A stretch of DNA of 64,000 nucleotides from an uncultured Bacteriovoracaceae bacterium (GTDB lineage Bacteria; Bdellovibrionota; UBA2428): positions 23,825 through 87,824 of the forward strand of contig CAYZFQ010000011.1 in assembly GCA_964477895.1 (NCBI GenBank), given 5' to 3'. Positions 1 through 8,727 of the stretch are shown here, one piece after another (within the stretch, counting starts at the first letter, position 1; each line of letters starts with the position of its first letter). Below the pieces are notes generated by a model. It saw only the letters and a list, made by a program, of their open reading frames with translations. It did not search any database and was not told the DNA's origin. The translations under genes and the position numbers were made by a program.

Positions 1-1
1 C

Positions 2-1639
2 ACCACGTCTCTGTGGGCGCGCACTATGGGAAGAGCTCTGACTGCCTTTGATCGTTTCCAAACTCAGCTCGAAAATGGCTATGAGAAAATTTTGATCAAA
101 ACTCTAGCTCATCCCATCAAAACCCTTCTTTTAGGATTGGGAGTCTTTGTCCTCAGTTTAGTGGCCGCAAAATTTGTTCCTAAAACCTTCTTACCGGCCC
201 AAGACACTGGAGAGTTTTCCGTGGGACTCGACATGCCTCCGGGAACCAGTTTGGATTCCATGTCGCAGACCGCGCAAAAAATCGACGAGATCGTGCGCTC
301 TCACAAAGAAGTGCGAACGGCGGTTTTGACAACCGGAAGTCGGGATGGGGAAGCCAACATAGCCGAAATGTTTGTGGAACTCGTACCCGCCCGCGAACGA
401 AATAAAAATACAAGTGAAGTCAAAGATGCCATCCGAGAAGGGTTGAAAGATTTTGCCTATGCCAATCCTAAGGTCAAAGACTTCGACGCCGTGGGAGCCG
501 GCCAACGCCCTTTTAACGTGAACATTATCGGAGACGATTTGGGAGCGCTTGAAAAATACACCGCCCAGGTCTTTGAGAAGATTCGCCACAACCCCGCCCT
601 CAAAGATCCTGACATTTCGTACCGACCGGGTAAACCTGAATTCCAAATCGTTCTGGATAATAAAAAATCTGAGCGCATGGGAGTTTCGGGAAATCTTCTG
701 GGCCTTGAACTGCGCACTCAAATTGAAGGAGCTAAGCCTGCCGTTTTTCGTGAGAACAGTCGTGAGTACGACATCCGAGTGCGTCTCAAAGATGACCAAC
801 GAAATCTAAAAAATGACTTTGCTCAGGTGTATGTTCCCAACATCAACAACACTCTTGTAAAACTTTCCAACGTAGCCCAACCTGTGGAAACCACCGGCCC
901 AGCCAATATCAACCGTCAAGACCGTGGTCGTTATGTGCAGATTTCAGCCGACATTGCACCCGACGGACCCGGGATGGCAGGAGCCACTCAATTGGTAAGA
1001 GATATTATCAGCAAGGAACTACCCTTGCCCCCGGGTATGCGCTACGCCTTTGTAGGACAGGCTGAGAACTTTGCGGAGTTAATGCAAAATATGCTTGTGG
1101 CGGCTGGCCTTGGGGTTTTGTTTATCTATTTAGTGCTCGCCTCCCTCTATGAGTCTTTCGTAACACCCTTTACCATCATGTTGGTTCTTCCTTTGGCAGC
1201 CTGCGGTGCCTTCTACGCCCTACTTATTTCGGGAAAATCTCTCGACCTTTTTTCCATGATTGGCTGTATCATGCTGCTGGGAGTCGCCACAAAAAACTCC
1301 ATTCTTCTTGTGGATTATACCAATCAAATGCTGGCCGAAGGCATGAACCGACGGGACGCCATCATTCGAGCTGGGAAAGTTCGCTTGCGCCCCATTCTCA
1401 TGACAACCTTCGCCCTTATTGCAGGAATGATCCCCATTGCAGTAGGGTTGAATGAAGCGTCAAAACAGCGCACTTCTATGGGTATTGCCATCATCGGGGG
1501 TTTGATCAGCTCCACCTTATTAACTCTTGTCGTGGTGCCCGCGGCCTTTAGTTATGTGGATCGCTTCCGAGTGTGGATTGGGAAATTTTCCGCAAAGATT
1601 GCCGGCACAGCCTCTGCCACTCCTGGGAGTCATTCATGA
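2..1639 (+). CDS. RND (HAE1/AcrB-like) efflux transporter permease, C-terminal half. The 5' end lies outside the window.
   Basis: The ORF is open to the window edge. The 537-aa translation has the second transmembrane bundle and periplasmic loop architecture of AcrB/MexB-type pumps, ending ...LISSTLLTLVVVPAAFSYVDRF. The reading frame has no stop from base 2. Confidence 0.8.
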   Translation, partial: TTSLWARTMGRALTAFDRFQTQLENGYEKILIKTLAHPIKTLLLGLGVFVLSLVAAKFVPKTFLPAQDTGEFSVGLDMPPGTSLDSMSQTAQKIDEIVRSHKEVRTAVLTTGSRDGEANIAEMFVELVPARERNKNTSEVKDAIREGLKDFAYANPKVKDFDAVGAGQRPFNVNIIGDDLGALEKYTAQVFEKIRHNPALKDPDISYRPGKPEFQIVLDNKKSERMGVSGNLLGLELRTQIEGAKPAVFRENSREYDIRVRLKDDQRNLKNDFAQVYVPNINNTLVKLSNVAQPVETTGPANINRQDRGRYVQISADIAPDGPGMAGATQLVRDIISKELPLPPGMRYAFVGQAENFAELMQNMLVAAGLGVLFIYLVLASLYESFVTPFTIMLVLPLAACGAFYALLISGKSLDLFSMIGCIMLLGVATKNSILLVDYTNQMLAEGMNRRDAIIRAGKVRLRPILMTTFALIAGMIPIAVGLNEASKQRTSMGIAIIGGLISSTLLTLVVVPAAFSYVDRFRVWIGKFSAKIAGTASATPGSHS

Positions 1640-4005
1640 GTTCACATGCCGTAACTACGGCAGTTATACTTGCAGCTGGGGCCGGAGAACGCATTCGTGA
1701 TTCTGAAAAGGGTTTGCCTAAACCTCTCGTGGTTCTGGGGGGACTCTATCTGCTCGAGCGTTCCATCTTAAACTTGGATGCTTGCGGAATTAAGCGCTTT
1801 CGAGTGGTCTTAGGCTACCGCGGACAAGAAATTGAGCGAGTGATTCGCAGTTGCAAAAATCTCGTGAGCTTTAAAATTGAATTTCTTTACAATCCCGACT
1901 TCGAAAAAGGAAACGGCTCTTCGCTCGCCAAAGGAGTGGAAGGTCTCCAGGAGCCCTTTCTTTTGACCATGGCCGACCACCTCTTCGGTCCCGACACCCT
2001 TCGACAATTTATTTCCAAAGCTCTTTTAAACGGCGAACGAGCCCAACTTGGGACGGATAAAAACATCAAAGGTGTTTTTGACCTTCCTGATGCCACTAAG
2101 GTTTTAAGTGAAGCCGGCCGAATTGAAAAAATCGGCAAAGAACTTAGTGACTTCAACGAAATCGATACCGGGCTTTTTTATTTCCCTGAGTGGAGTCCGG
2201 AAAAAATTCAAAGCTCTTTTGCTCAAGGAGCAGATTCCGTAAGTGAAATCGTAGCCGAGATTCGCAAAGATCATGGGTTTTTCACGACTTCTTTGGATAA
2301 TGCTTTTTGGCAGGACGTGGACACGCCCGAGATGAAAAAAGAAGCTGAGCGCAGATTGTTTCGCTCTTTGATTAAGCCCACCGACGGTCCCGTGAGCAAA
2401 AAAATTAACCGTAACTTTTCCTTGCCTGTGAGCAAAATTCTTATCCAACTCGGAATAAGTCCCAACGCTGTCACCACCTTTGTTTTTTTATTTACCCTCG
2501 GTGGAGCCGCCCTCGCCACGTCCACCGATTATATGTGGGTGGCTGTGGCGGGCCTCATTTTTCAGATCGCCTCTATTTTAGATGGTTGCGATGGGGAGAT
2601 CGCCCGCCTAACCTACCAAGGCACGGAAGCCGGCGCGTGGTATGACACGCTTACCGACAATGTGCGCTATGGCGTTTTCTTTTGCGCCTTGGGTGTGCAC
2701 GGCTACCGAGTTTCGGGAGAAACCTACTACCTTTGGGCCATGGCCCTCTTTGCACTTTTACTAACCTACATGGTGAGCATGAATGTGAGCTACCTTCGAG
2801 CCACTCGGTCCAAAGGCACGGGACTGGTGGTGACGGCTCAGGTGGAAAAACTCATGGCCGAGCGCCAGAGCTTTTGGGATCGGTACATTTTGGGAGCCCG
2901 CGTCTTGGTGAAGCAGGATGTGAGCGCCCTCATTGTTTTTATCTGTTGCTTGGCGAATCGGCCCACCTGGATTTTCTGGGGCGGCTTTGTTGGCATTGCC
3001 GCCATGACATTTACAGTGGCGCGAGCCCTTAAAGCCGCCTTGCCCGCAAATTCTCAAGGCTCTCCTAAGATTCGAAGTCTATTTTTTCTTCTTATTGGTG
3101 TGATTATTTTTGCCTATCTTTTGAAGAAAATCGACGCCACGGCGGTGGTGGAAGCTATTAGCCATTTGGGCTCCAGCGTTTTTGTAGCCTTCGCAGTGGC
3201 ACCTCTATGGTTTTTTTTCAATTCTCTTAGCCTTCGCACGCTGCTTAAAAACCGGGTTGGTATTTTTGATTTGCTCTACAACCAAGTGGTGGGTGAATCC
3301 TTTAATGTTTTGATTCCCATGGCGGGTTTAGGCGGCGAACCTTACAAAACCAAGCACCTCACGAAATGGGTAGGCCTGGAAGACGCCACCCACGCCATCA
3401 TCAATGACAAACTGCTGCATATTTTGTCGGGCAACGTTTTTACAGCTTTACTTATGTTCTTTGTGTTGGCTGCTGTGCCCATGGAAGGAGCTACTAAAAG
3501 TGCATTGCTTCTCACCACAGTAGCCGTTTCGGGAATTTCACTTTTTATGATCTTGGTGACTCTCTCGCCACTCCCCACTAAATACGCAGGTCGCCTTCTC
3601 AAAAAGTTCAAAATGCTCGACCAGGCCCGAGCAAGCCACGTCCCCCTCGGCACCTATGCCCTCTCATTTTTGTACAAAATGCTCGCTCGAGCTCCTCAGC
3701 TCTTGGAAACCTATATTATCTTTAAACTCCTCGGCGTTGAAACATCTTGGGTGAATATGATCGCGGTAACTGGCCTTATCTCGGCCTCTGCCATGGTCTT
3801 CTTTTTCATTCCCCAGGGAATCGGCGTGAATGAAGGCGGCGTGGTGAAAGCCTTTTCTTTACTCGGTTTAAGCAGTCCTTTGGGTTTGACTTTCGGCATC
3901 ATTCGTCGAGCCCGGGTTGTGTTCTGGGCCGTGGCCGGTATCCTATTGTACGCAACTGTAAGTTTAGTGCAGAAAGGGAGCGCCACATGGAGACCCAGTT
4001 CTTAG
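1636..4005 (+). CDS. Three-domain membrane enzyme: N-terminal nucleotidyltransferase (cytidylyltransferase-like), central CDP-alcohol phosphotransferase, C-terminal flippase-like / LPG-synthase-TM-like domain.
   Basis: ATG at 1636 overlaps the RND stop (ATGA) and follows GGGAG. N-terminus AVILAAGAGERIRD matches the GxGxR NTP-transferase motif. The exact CDP-OH phosphotransferase signature D-G-x2-A-R-x8-G-x3-D-x3-D is present (DGEIARLTYQGTEAGAWYDTLTD). The C-terminal roughly 300 aa is polytopic and resembles the flippase-like domain found fused to lipid-modifying enzymes. Confidence 0.7.
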   Translation: MSSHAVTTAVILAAGAGERIRDSEKGLPKPLVVLGGLYLLERSILNLDACGIKRFRVVLGYRGQEIERVIRSCKNLVSFKIEFLYNPDFEKGNGSSLAKGVEGLQEPFLLTMADHLFGPDTLRQFISKALLNGERAQLGTDKNIKGVFDLPDATKVLSEAGRIEKIGKELSDFNEIDTGLFYFPEWSPEKIQSSFAQGADSVSEIVAEIRKDHGFFTTSLDNAFWQDVDTPEMKKEAERRLFRSLIKPTDGPVSKKINRNFSLPVSKILIQLGISPNAVTTFVFLFTLGGAALATSTDYMWVAVAGLIFQIASILDGCDGEIARLTYQGTEAGAWYDTLTDNVRYGVFFCALGVHGYRVSGETYYLWAMALFALLLTYMVSMNVSYLRATRSKGTGLVVTAQVEKLMAERQSFWDRYILGARVLVKQDVSALIVFICCLANRPTWIFWGGFVGIAAMTFTVARALKAALPANSQGSPKIRSLFFLLIGVIIFAYLLKKIDATAVVEAISHLGSSVFVAFAVAPLWFFFNSLSLRTLLKNRVGIFDLLYNQVVGESFNVLIPMAGLGGEPYKTKHLTKWVGLEDATHAIINDKLLHILSGNVFTALLMFFVLAAVPMEGATKSALLLTTVAVSGISLFMILVTLSPLPTKYAGRLLKKFKMLDQARASHVPLGTYALSFLYKMLARAPQLLETYIIFKLLGVETSWVNMIAVTGLISASAMVFFFIPQGIGVNEGGVVKAFSLLGLSSPLGLTFGIIRRARVVFWAVAGILLYATVSLVQKGSATWRPSS

Positions 4006-4679
4006 CCAAAAGTTTTTTGTTTTTAGCAGGAGTGCAATGCCTGGCCTCGGGCGCGGCCTCAGACTGCAAAACTTTGGAGAATTTTTCTTCCTCTGAAGCA
4101 GGAAAGTTTCCCTTGGGTTGGATTTCTAAATATCCCGAGCACATGCCCGAGATTCTAGAGAAGAAGCTCTACATTGTAGCTCAAGATTCCGGCTTCAAAG
4201 CCGTCCATGCCACCTATGGAAATCATACCGTCACGATTTTGCGCGAACTCAAGGACTCGTGGAATCTGAGTGAGTACCCCATTTTGAAGTGGAAGTGGAA
4301 GGCCGTAAAACTTCCCAAAGATGCCAACGAAGACAAACTTAAGAAGAACGACTCTGCGGCTTCGGTCTATGTGGCCTGGAAATCCAACTCCCTCATGAAA
4401 GCCAAAGCCATTCGATACGCTTGGAGCAGCACTCAGCCTATTGGAGCTCATTTTTCCCGAAGATTTGGCAACGACCAAATCTCCATCAAAGAGAGCGGCA
4501 CATCGAAACTAAACACCTGGGTAGAAGTCGAAACAAATGTTTTAGACGACTACAAAAAATACATGAAGGAACGCAAAGCTCCCGCGAACCCCATTGCCTT
4601 AGTCCTAACCACCGACGCCGACGCGACCCAATCAGAAGCTGAAGCCTTCTATGCTGACTTTAGGATTTGTCGACCTTAA
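3987..4679 (+). CDS. Secreted hypothetical protein, DUF3047-like.
   Basis: Overlaps the upstream gene by 19 nt. Signal-peptide-like N-terminus (FLFLAGVQCLASGAAS). About 220 aa, with lysine- and tryptophan-rich motifs typical of DUF3047. Confidence 0.5.
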   Translation: METQFLAKSFLFLAGVQCLASGAASDCKTLENFSSSEAGKFPLGWISKYPEHMPEILEKKLYIVAQDSGFKAVHATYGNHTVTILRELKDSWNLSEYPILKWKWKAVKLPKDANEDKLKKNDSAASVYVAWKSNSLMKAKAIRYAWSSTQPIGAHFSRRFGNDQISIKESGTSKLNTWVEVETNVLDDYKKYMKERKAPANPIALVLTTDADATQSEAEAFYADFRICRP

Positions 4680-5662
4680 CTTTCGTCTTCAATCTCAAAG
4701 ATCCAGTCGCGGATGGACTGCCTGAAGAGATGTGAATTTTTTGAAAATTCAAAGGCATGTTCGGATTCCATTTCCTGGATTTGCAAATAGGAACCCCGAT
4801 ACTTATCATTGTAAAAATTTCTAATTGCCTCATTATCCACAATCCGGTCGTCGGAGGCTAAAAATATCAACAAGGGGGCCTTGAGCTGCTGGGATTCTTT
4901 TAACAAAGTTTTGCGAAGTTTTCTCGTGATAAAAAGCATGCGGGTGGTGACTTTGCGCAATCCCCAAAGGTCTTGCTGAATCCACTCTAAACCCTCACCC
5001 GAATCGATAAAGGCCCGATCATCTAAGGGGGTAGGAAAATCCTGCTGCTTTAAAGGCAGAAGAACATCCAAGACCGAGGCGAAACCCAATACGGTTTTTT
5101 CCAGAGGCTGGAAATCTCCATTCTTTTTATTCATATGTGTGGAGGGCGAACTTAAAATTACAGAACGAATTATAGATTCGTTTCTGGTTGCAACGGGCAC
5201 AACCAAGCGAGCCCCAAAACAATTGCCAAAAATATGTATAGGAAGATTTTGCCCTTTTAAAAATTCAATTCCCGCCTGCACATCATTAAAGAGATCTCGA
5301 CTGCTTCCTGCGTGGCCACGAACTCCACGACTATGACCCGAACCTCGGCGATCGAGCGCTAATACGGTAATTCCATGCTGAGCCAAATACACTGCCGTTT
5401 TGCGGTGCCACTCTGAGTGACTCTGCATCCCAGCGATCATCAATAACGCGGCTCGGGGTTGGCGGGCTTTTACAAAAAGGGCCGACAAAGAATGCTGGTC
5501 CTTAAAAAGCAAAGGGACTGAAATGCGATGAAGCTGAGCCGAAGCCAGGTAAGGGATTTTGTCTTCCTTATGAACAATTCCTGAAACAAAGCGAAAGGGC
5601 TGTAGAGCCACCGACCACTGACTTAAGAAACATCCTAAGAAAGCAAGGCGGCCTATATTCAT
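4676..5662 (-). CDS. Alpha/beta-fold hydrolase with a Cys in the nucleophile-elbow position (GNCFG).
   Basis: HGITVLALDRRGSGHS, then the nucleophile elbow IHIFGNCFGARL, a downstream Asp (LASDDRIV) and a C-terminal His (SEHAFE). Start codon overlaps the upstream stop (ATGA). Confidence 0.7.
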   Translation of the reverse strand: MNIGRLAFLGCFLSQWSVALQPFRFVSGIVHKEDKIPYLASAQLHRISVPLLFKDQHSLSALFVKARQPRAALLMIAGMQSHSEWHRKTAVYLAQHGITVLALDRRGSGHSRGVRGHAGSSRDLFNDVQAGIEFLKGQNLPIHIFGNCFGARLVVPVATRNESIIRSVILSSPSTHMNKKNGDFQPLEKTVLGFASVLDVLLPLKQQDFPTPLDDRAFIDSGEGLEWIQQDLWGLRKVTTRMLFITRKLRKTLLKESQQLKAPLLIFLASDDRIVDNEAIRNFYNDKYRGSYLQIQEMESEHAFEFSKNSHLFRQSIRDWIFEIEDES

Positions 5663-6777
5663 ATGGTTTTTTCGAGGCCCAGGCCCTGCAAAGGTCCGGG
5701 CCCGAAGGTGTCGGGGTAGTTTAACAATCCGCCGCGACCAAACATCACCACAGGAGACACTGTGTCCTTTTCCAAAAGAAGAGTCCCAAAGGCGCCTTCC
5801 TGAGCCACCAAAGAGGGTCCACTAGCGCGGGCAACAGTCAGAGCAGCCCGCGAGAGCACAGAAGTCTCGCCCACTTGCGCGCCCACGATAATTCCAAAAT
5901 TCTCACGTCGAAGAATTTCAACAAGCTCGAGCGAACGCAGAAGACCACCCACCTTAGAAACTCGCAAATTAGTGATCCAACGCCCCGGCAGGTCTTTATA
6001 AAGATTCACATCGTCGGCTCGGCAAAGACTTTCATCCAATACAATGCCACACCCCAAGGCCACACTCAGTTGACTTAAACCTTCGGCATCCCGAGGAGCC
6101 AAGGCTTCTTCTATTGCAAAAAGCGGCACGGGAACCTGGCGCAGATAGGCCAAAGCCGCTTCGAGACGTCCCGCCCAAACATTGTTCCCATCCAACCGCA
6201 AACGAAGCTTGCCCTGGAGTCCCTTTGTTTCAGACAAAGATTTAAAAAGAAGAAACTTTTCCTCATCGGCCTTAAAATCTTCTGAAATTTTAAATTTAAA
6301 ATCGGTGAATCCCATATCCATGTAGGTAGTCAGAATTCGTGAAAATTTTTCACCCTTCTCATCACTGAGAACGGCCGTATATTGAAATTTTCCGTCTAAG
6401 GGTGGGATGCCCAGAAGTTCCTCTACACTGATCGACTTTTCTCGGGCCAAGAGATCGAGCAAGGCAATTTCCATAGCTGCCCAGGCCGCGGGATTAAGGT
6501 CAATTTCATTTTTAATCTCTGCAGAAAAGGTCTTGAGCTCCGTCAATGACCTGAGGTTTTCCAAGCGCGACGTCAACGTGTTTAACCACTCAATCGCTCC
6601 TGCGGTAGTTTCTCCTGTCACATACGATCGGGGACAGCCTTCTCCCAGCCCGGCAACTCCACCGCGCTTGGCTTCCACCCACACGCTGTCTGAGACTTTT
6701 CGCTCAGCGGAAGCGTGTTTAAAACTGCTTTTCATAGGAATTTGAATTTGTTCAATCGAGAAGAAAATCTGAGTCAT
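5659..6777 (-). CDS. Enolase-superfamily enzyme, MLE subgroup (N-acylamino-acid racemase / dipeptide epimerase / o-succinylbenzoate synthase-like).
   Basis: KxK motif (FKFKISEDF). Metal ligands D (LRLDGNNVW), E (AIEEAL), D (IVLDESL). Second catalytic Lys in NLRVSKVGGLL. Confidence 0.75.
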   Translation of the reverse strand: MTQIFFSIEQIQIPMKSSFKHASAERKVSDSVWVEAKRGGVAGLGEGCPRSYVTGETTAGAIEWLNTLTSRLENLRSLTELKTFSAEIKNEIDLNPAAWAAMEIALLDLLAREKSISVEELLGIPPLDGKFQYTAVLSDEKGEKFSRILTTYMDMGFTDFKFKISEDFKADEEKFLLFKSLSETKGLQGKLRLRLDGNNVWAGRLEAALAYLRQVPVPLFAIEEALAPRDAEGLSQLSVALGCGIVLDESLCRADDVNLYKDLPGRWITNLRVSKVGGLLRSLELVEILRRENFGIIVGAQVGETSVLSRAALTVARASGPSLVAQEGAFGTLLLEKDTVSPVVMFGRGGLLNYPDTFGPGPLQGLGLEKTI

Positions 6778-6783
6778 TTTTTC

Positions 6784-8577
6784 CTATACCGCCATTTGTG
6801 GGCCTTCGTCAGGCACCTTGGCTTCTTCTGCAGCTACTTCAGGAGCTATGAGATCGTCTGTTGCCGTTGCGATATCAACCACCGCATGATTAGCAAAGCT
6901 AAACTTCACATCTTTTTTGTACTGTAGAGCAATAATCTTAAATTGGGATTCACGCTGCCCTTGCTTCAGACAAAACTTTTTAAATTCCTCAAAAGTTCCG
7001 GGCTTCAAAACCAAAAGCTCCAAAGACAAGAGTCGGCCACTCTTGCGCTTGACATCGTATTCCACGTTGATCTCGGTAAGCCCCTTTTCCACCAATTCTA
7101 CGAGTTCACGGCGCTTGGCCGCGGCCTCTTCCAAATCTTCTACCTTAGGCTCATAAATCAAACGGTAAACGGCTCGATCGGGGTCCGCAATCATCATGTA
7201 AAATGACGAAGAGAGCTGCAAAGCATTCTCAGCCTGGCGCAAGCCAAAAATCACCTGAGACTCATAGAGCTTCTCTCCGGTAATATTGGTGACACCCTTG
7301 CCTTTTTGAACGAAACGCAAAAGAGGTGCCTTGTGGAAAAAACCATCCACCTGCACAATATCGTTCATATTGTAACGATAAAGTCCGCTATCCGTGGTTA
7401 CAAAAATATAATACTGAGACTGATCTTTGAGCTGACCCAATCCGATAAAGTTATGTCTCTCGGCTTCCCAGTCATCTTTTTCTACGAACTCAAAAAAGTA
7501 ATCTCGGAAAGTTGGCACGCCGGCATTGGTGTCCGAAGAAATGGGTACGGTGCCCCGAAACTCCGACGACAAATACCCAATGTCGCGAACCAAAGTGGTC
7601 GGAGGAAATTCATTCTTTAGCTGTTCAAAAAAGATGGCGCAGGAGCCGCCCGTCCAACAGCCCACGGCTTGCAAATCTGGGAAAACATCCTGAATGCGCA
7701 GGCGACCCCGTCGCTTATAAACTTCGTTAAGTTCTTCGGCCCAGGCTCTTTTCGCACCCAGCCGACCCACTAAAGAACGACGCTGTTCCACCGAAAGCTC
7801 TTCCATTCGAGAGAAACCACCGTCGCGCAAGTCCTTGAAGAGCTCTTCCCAGTGAGAATTTAAAAGTTTTACCAGTCGAACGATCGTGCTCGGATTGGCG
7901 GTACTGAGGTACGACACATCCCGGTAGCGGAGCGCTAAGCGCAGAATAAGTTGGTATTTCAAATCATAGTCTTCGATGGAAAAAATTGGCGGCGGTACGA
8001 TATATTTTTTCCGCACTAACTTGGGCATTCCTTGATACATATGGCCTGATGTTGAGCCAAAGCTTGCTCCGGAGTCGGGTCGGTAGCCTTCAATCGCTGG
8101 GCTTACAATAGCGAGAATATGCCCCTTCAGCACGTCCGGACGATCTTTCATCAAGCGGTAAACAAACAAATTCGTGATGTGCTTATGAGAGCGCAAGGTG
8201 GTTTTTAGGACCGGAATAAACTTTGGCTTGCCCGTAGTGCCACTCGTCATGGCATAAAAACTAGGCAAATCCGGATTAATGGTGGGTCGCCCGGTGAGGT
8301 CTTGGCTATCCATCCACGAGCGAAGCGACTCATAGTCATGCACGGGAACATACTTACGAAAATCCGAGAGTTTTTCGATGAGGTTAAACTTATGAATTTT
8401 ACCAAAATAAGTTTCTTGGTGGTCTTCAAGAATTTTTTTCAACAGCCTAAACTGCGCCCCATCAACATCTTTAGCGTCTTTCTCAAGGGCCTCATAAAGC
8501 CGAGCCCCCTCAGTCTTGACTCGCAGCTCCATTAAAGTGTTTACAAATTTGCCTTTAACGCGACTCGTAACTTTCAT
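6784..8577 (-). CDS. GH3-family acyl-acid amido synthetase (adenylate-forming, auxin-responsive GH3-like).
   Basis: All three GH3 motifs are present: MTSGTTGKPKFIPV, GYLSSEF and YRYNMNDIVQV. 597 aa. Confidence 0.75.
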   Translation of the reverse strand: MKVTSRVKGKFVNTLMELRVKTEGARLYEALEKDAKDVDGAQFRLLKKILEDHQETYFGKIHKFNLIEKLSDFRKYVPVHDYESLRSWMDSQDLTGRPTINPDLPSFYAMTSGTTGKPKFIPVLKTTLRSHKHITNLFVYRLMKDRPDVLKGHILAIVSPAIEGYRPDSGASFGSTSGHMYQGMPKLVRKKYIVPPPIFSIEDYDLKYQLILRLALRYRDVSYLSTANPSTIVRLVKLLNSHWEELFKDLRDGGFSRMEELSVEQRRSLVGRLGAKRAWAEELNEVYKRRGRLRIQDVFPDLQAVGCWTGGSCAIFFEQLKNEFPPTTLVRDIGYLSSEFRGTVPISSDTNAGVPTFRDYFFEFVEKDDWEAERHNFIGLGQLKDQSQYYIFVTTDSGLYRYNMNDIVQVDGFFHKAPLLRFVQKGKGVTNITGEKLYESQVIFGLRQAENALQLSSSFYMMIADPDRAVYRLIYEPKVEDLEEAAAKRRELVELVEKGLTEINVEYDVKRKSGRLLSLELLVLKPGTFEEFKKFCLKQGQRESQFKIIALQYKKDVKFSFANHAVVDIATATDDLIAPEVAAEEAKVPDEGPQMAV

Positions 8578-8727
8578 TCAGGTCCTTTCAAAAGAGGAAA
8601 GTCTTTGAGAATACAAAGCCTTCGCCGAACAAAATATGCCCCGCATCATCAACCAAGGCAAGAGATTGAACCCTATGGATGGATATTAAATACAGATACT
8701 TAGGTCTCGTAAAGTTTTATTAAGTCC

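Noticed and set aside
191-799. 202-aa antisense ORF inside the RND transporter gene (plus shorter ones nearby).
   Set aside because: It is fully embedded in a well-supported transporter reading frame and has no motifs. It is a typical shadow ORF.
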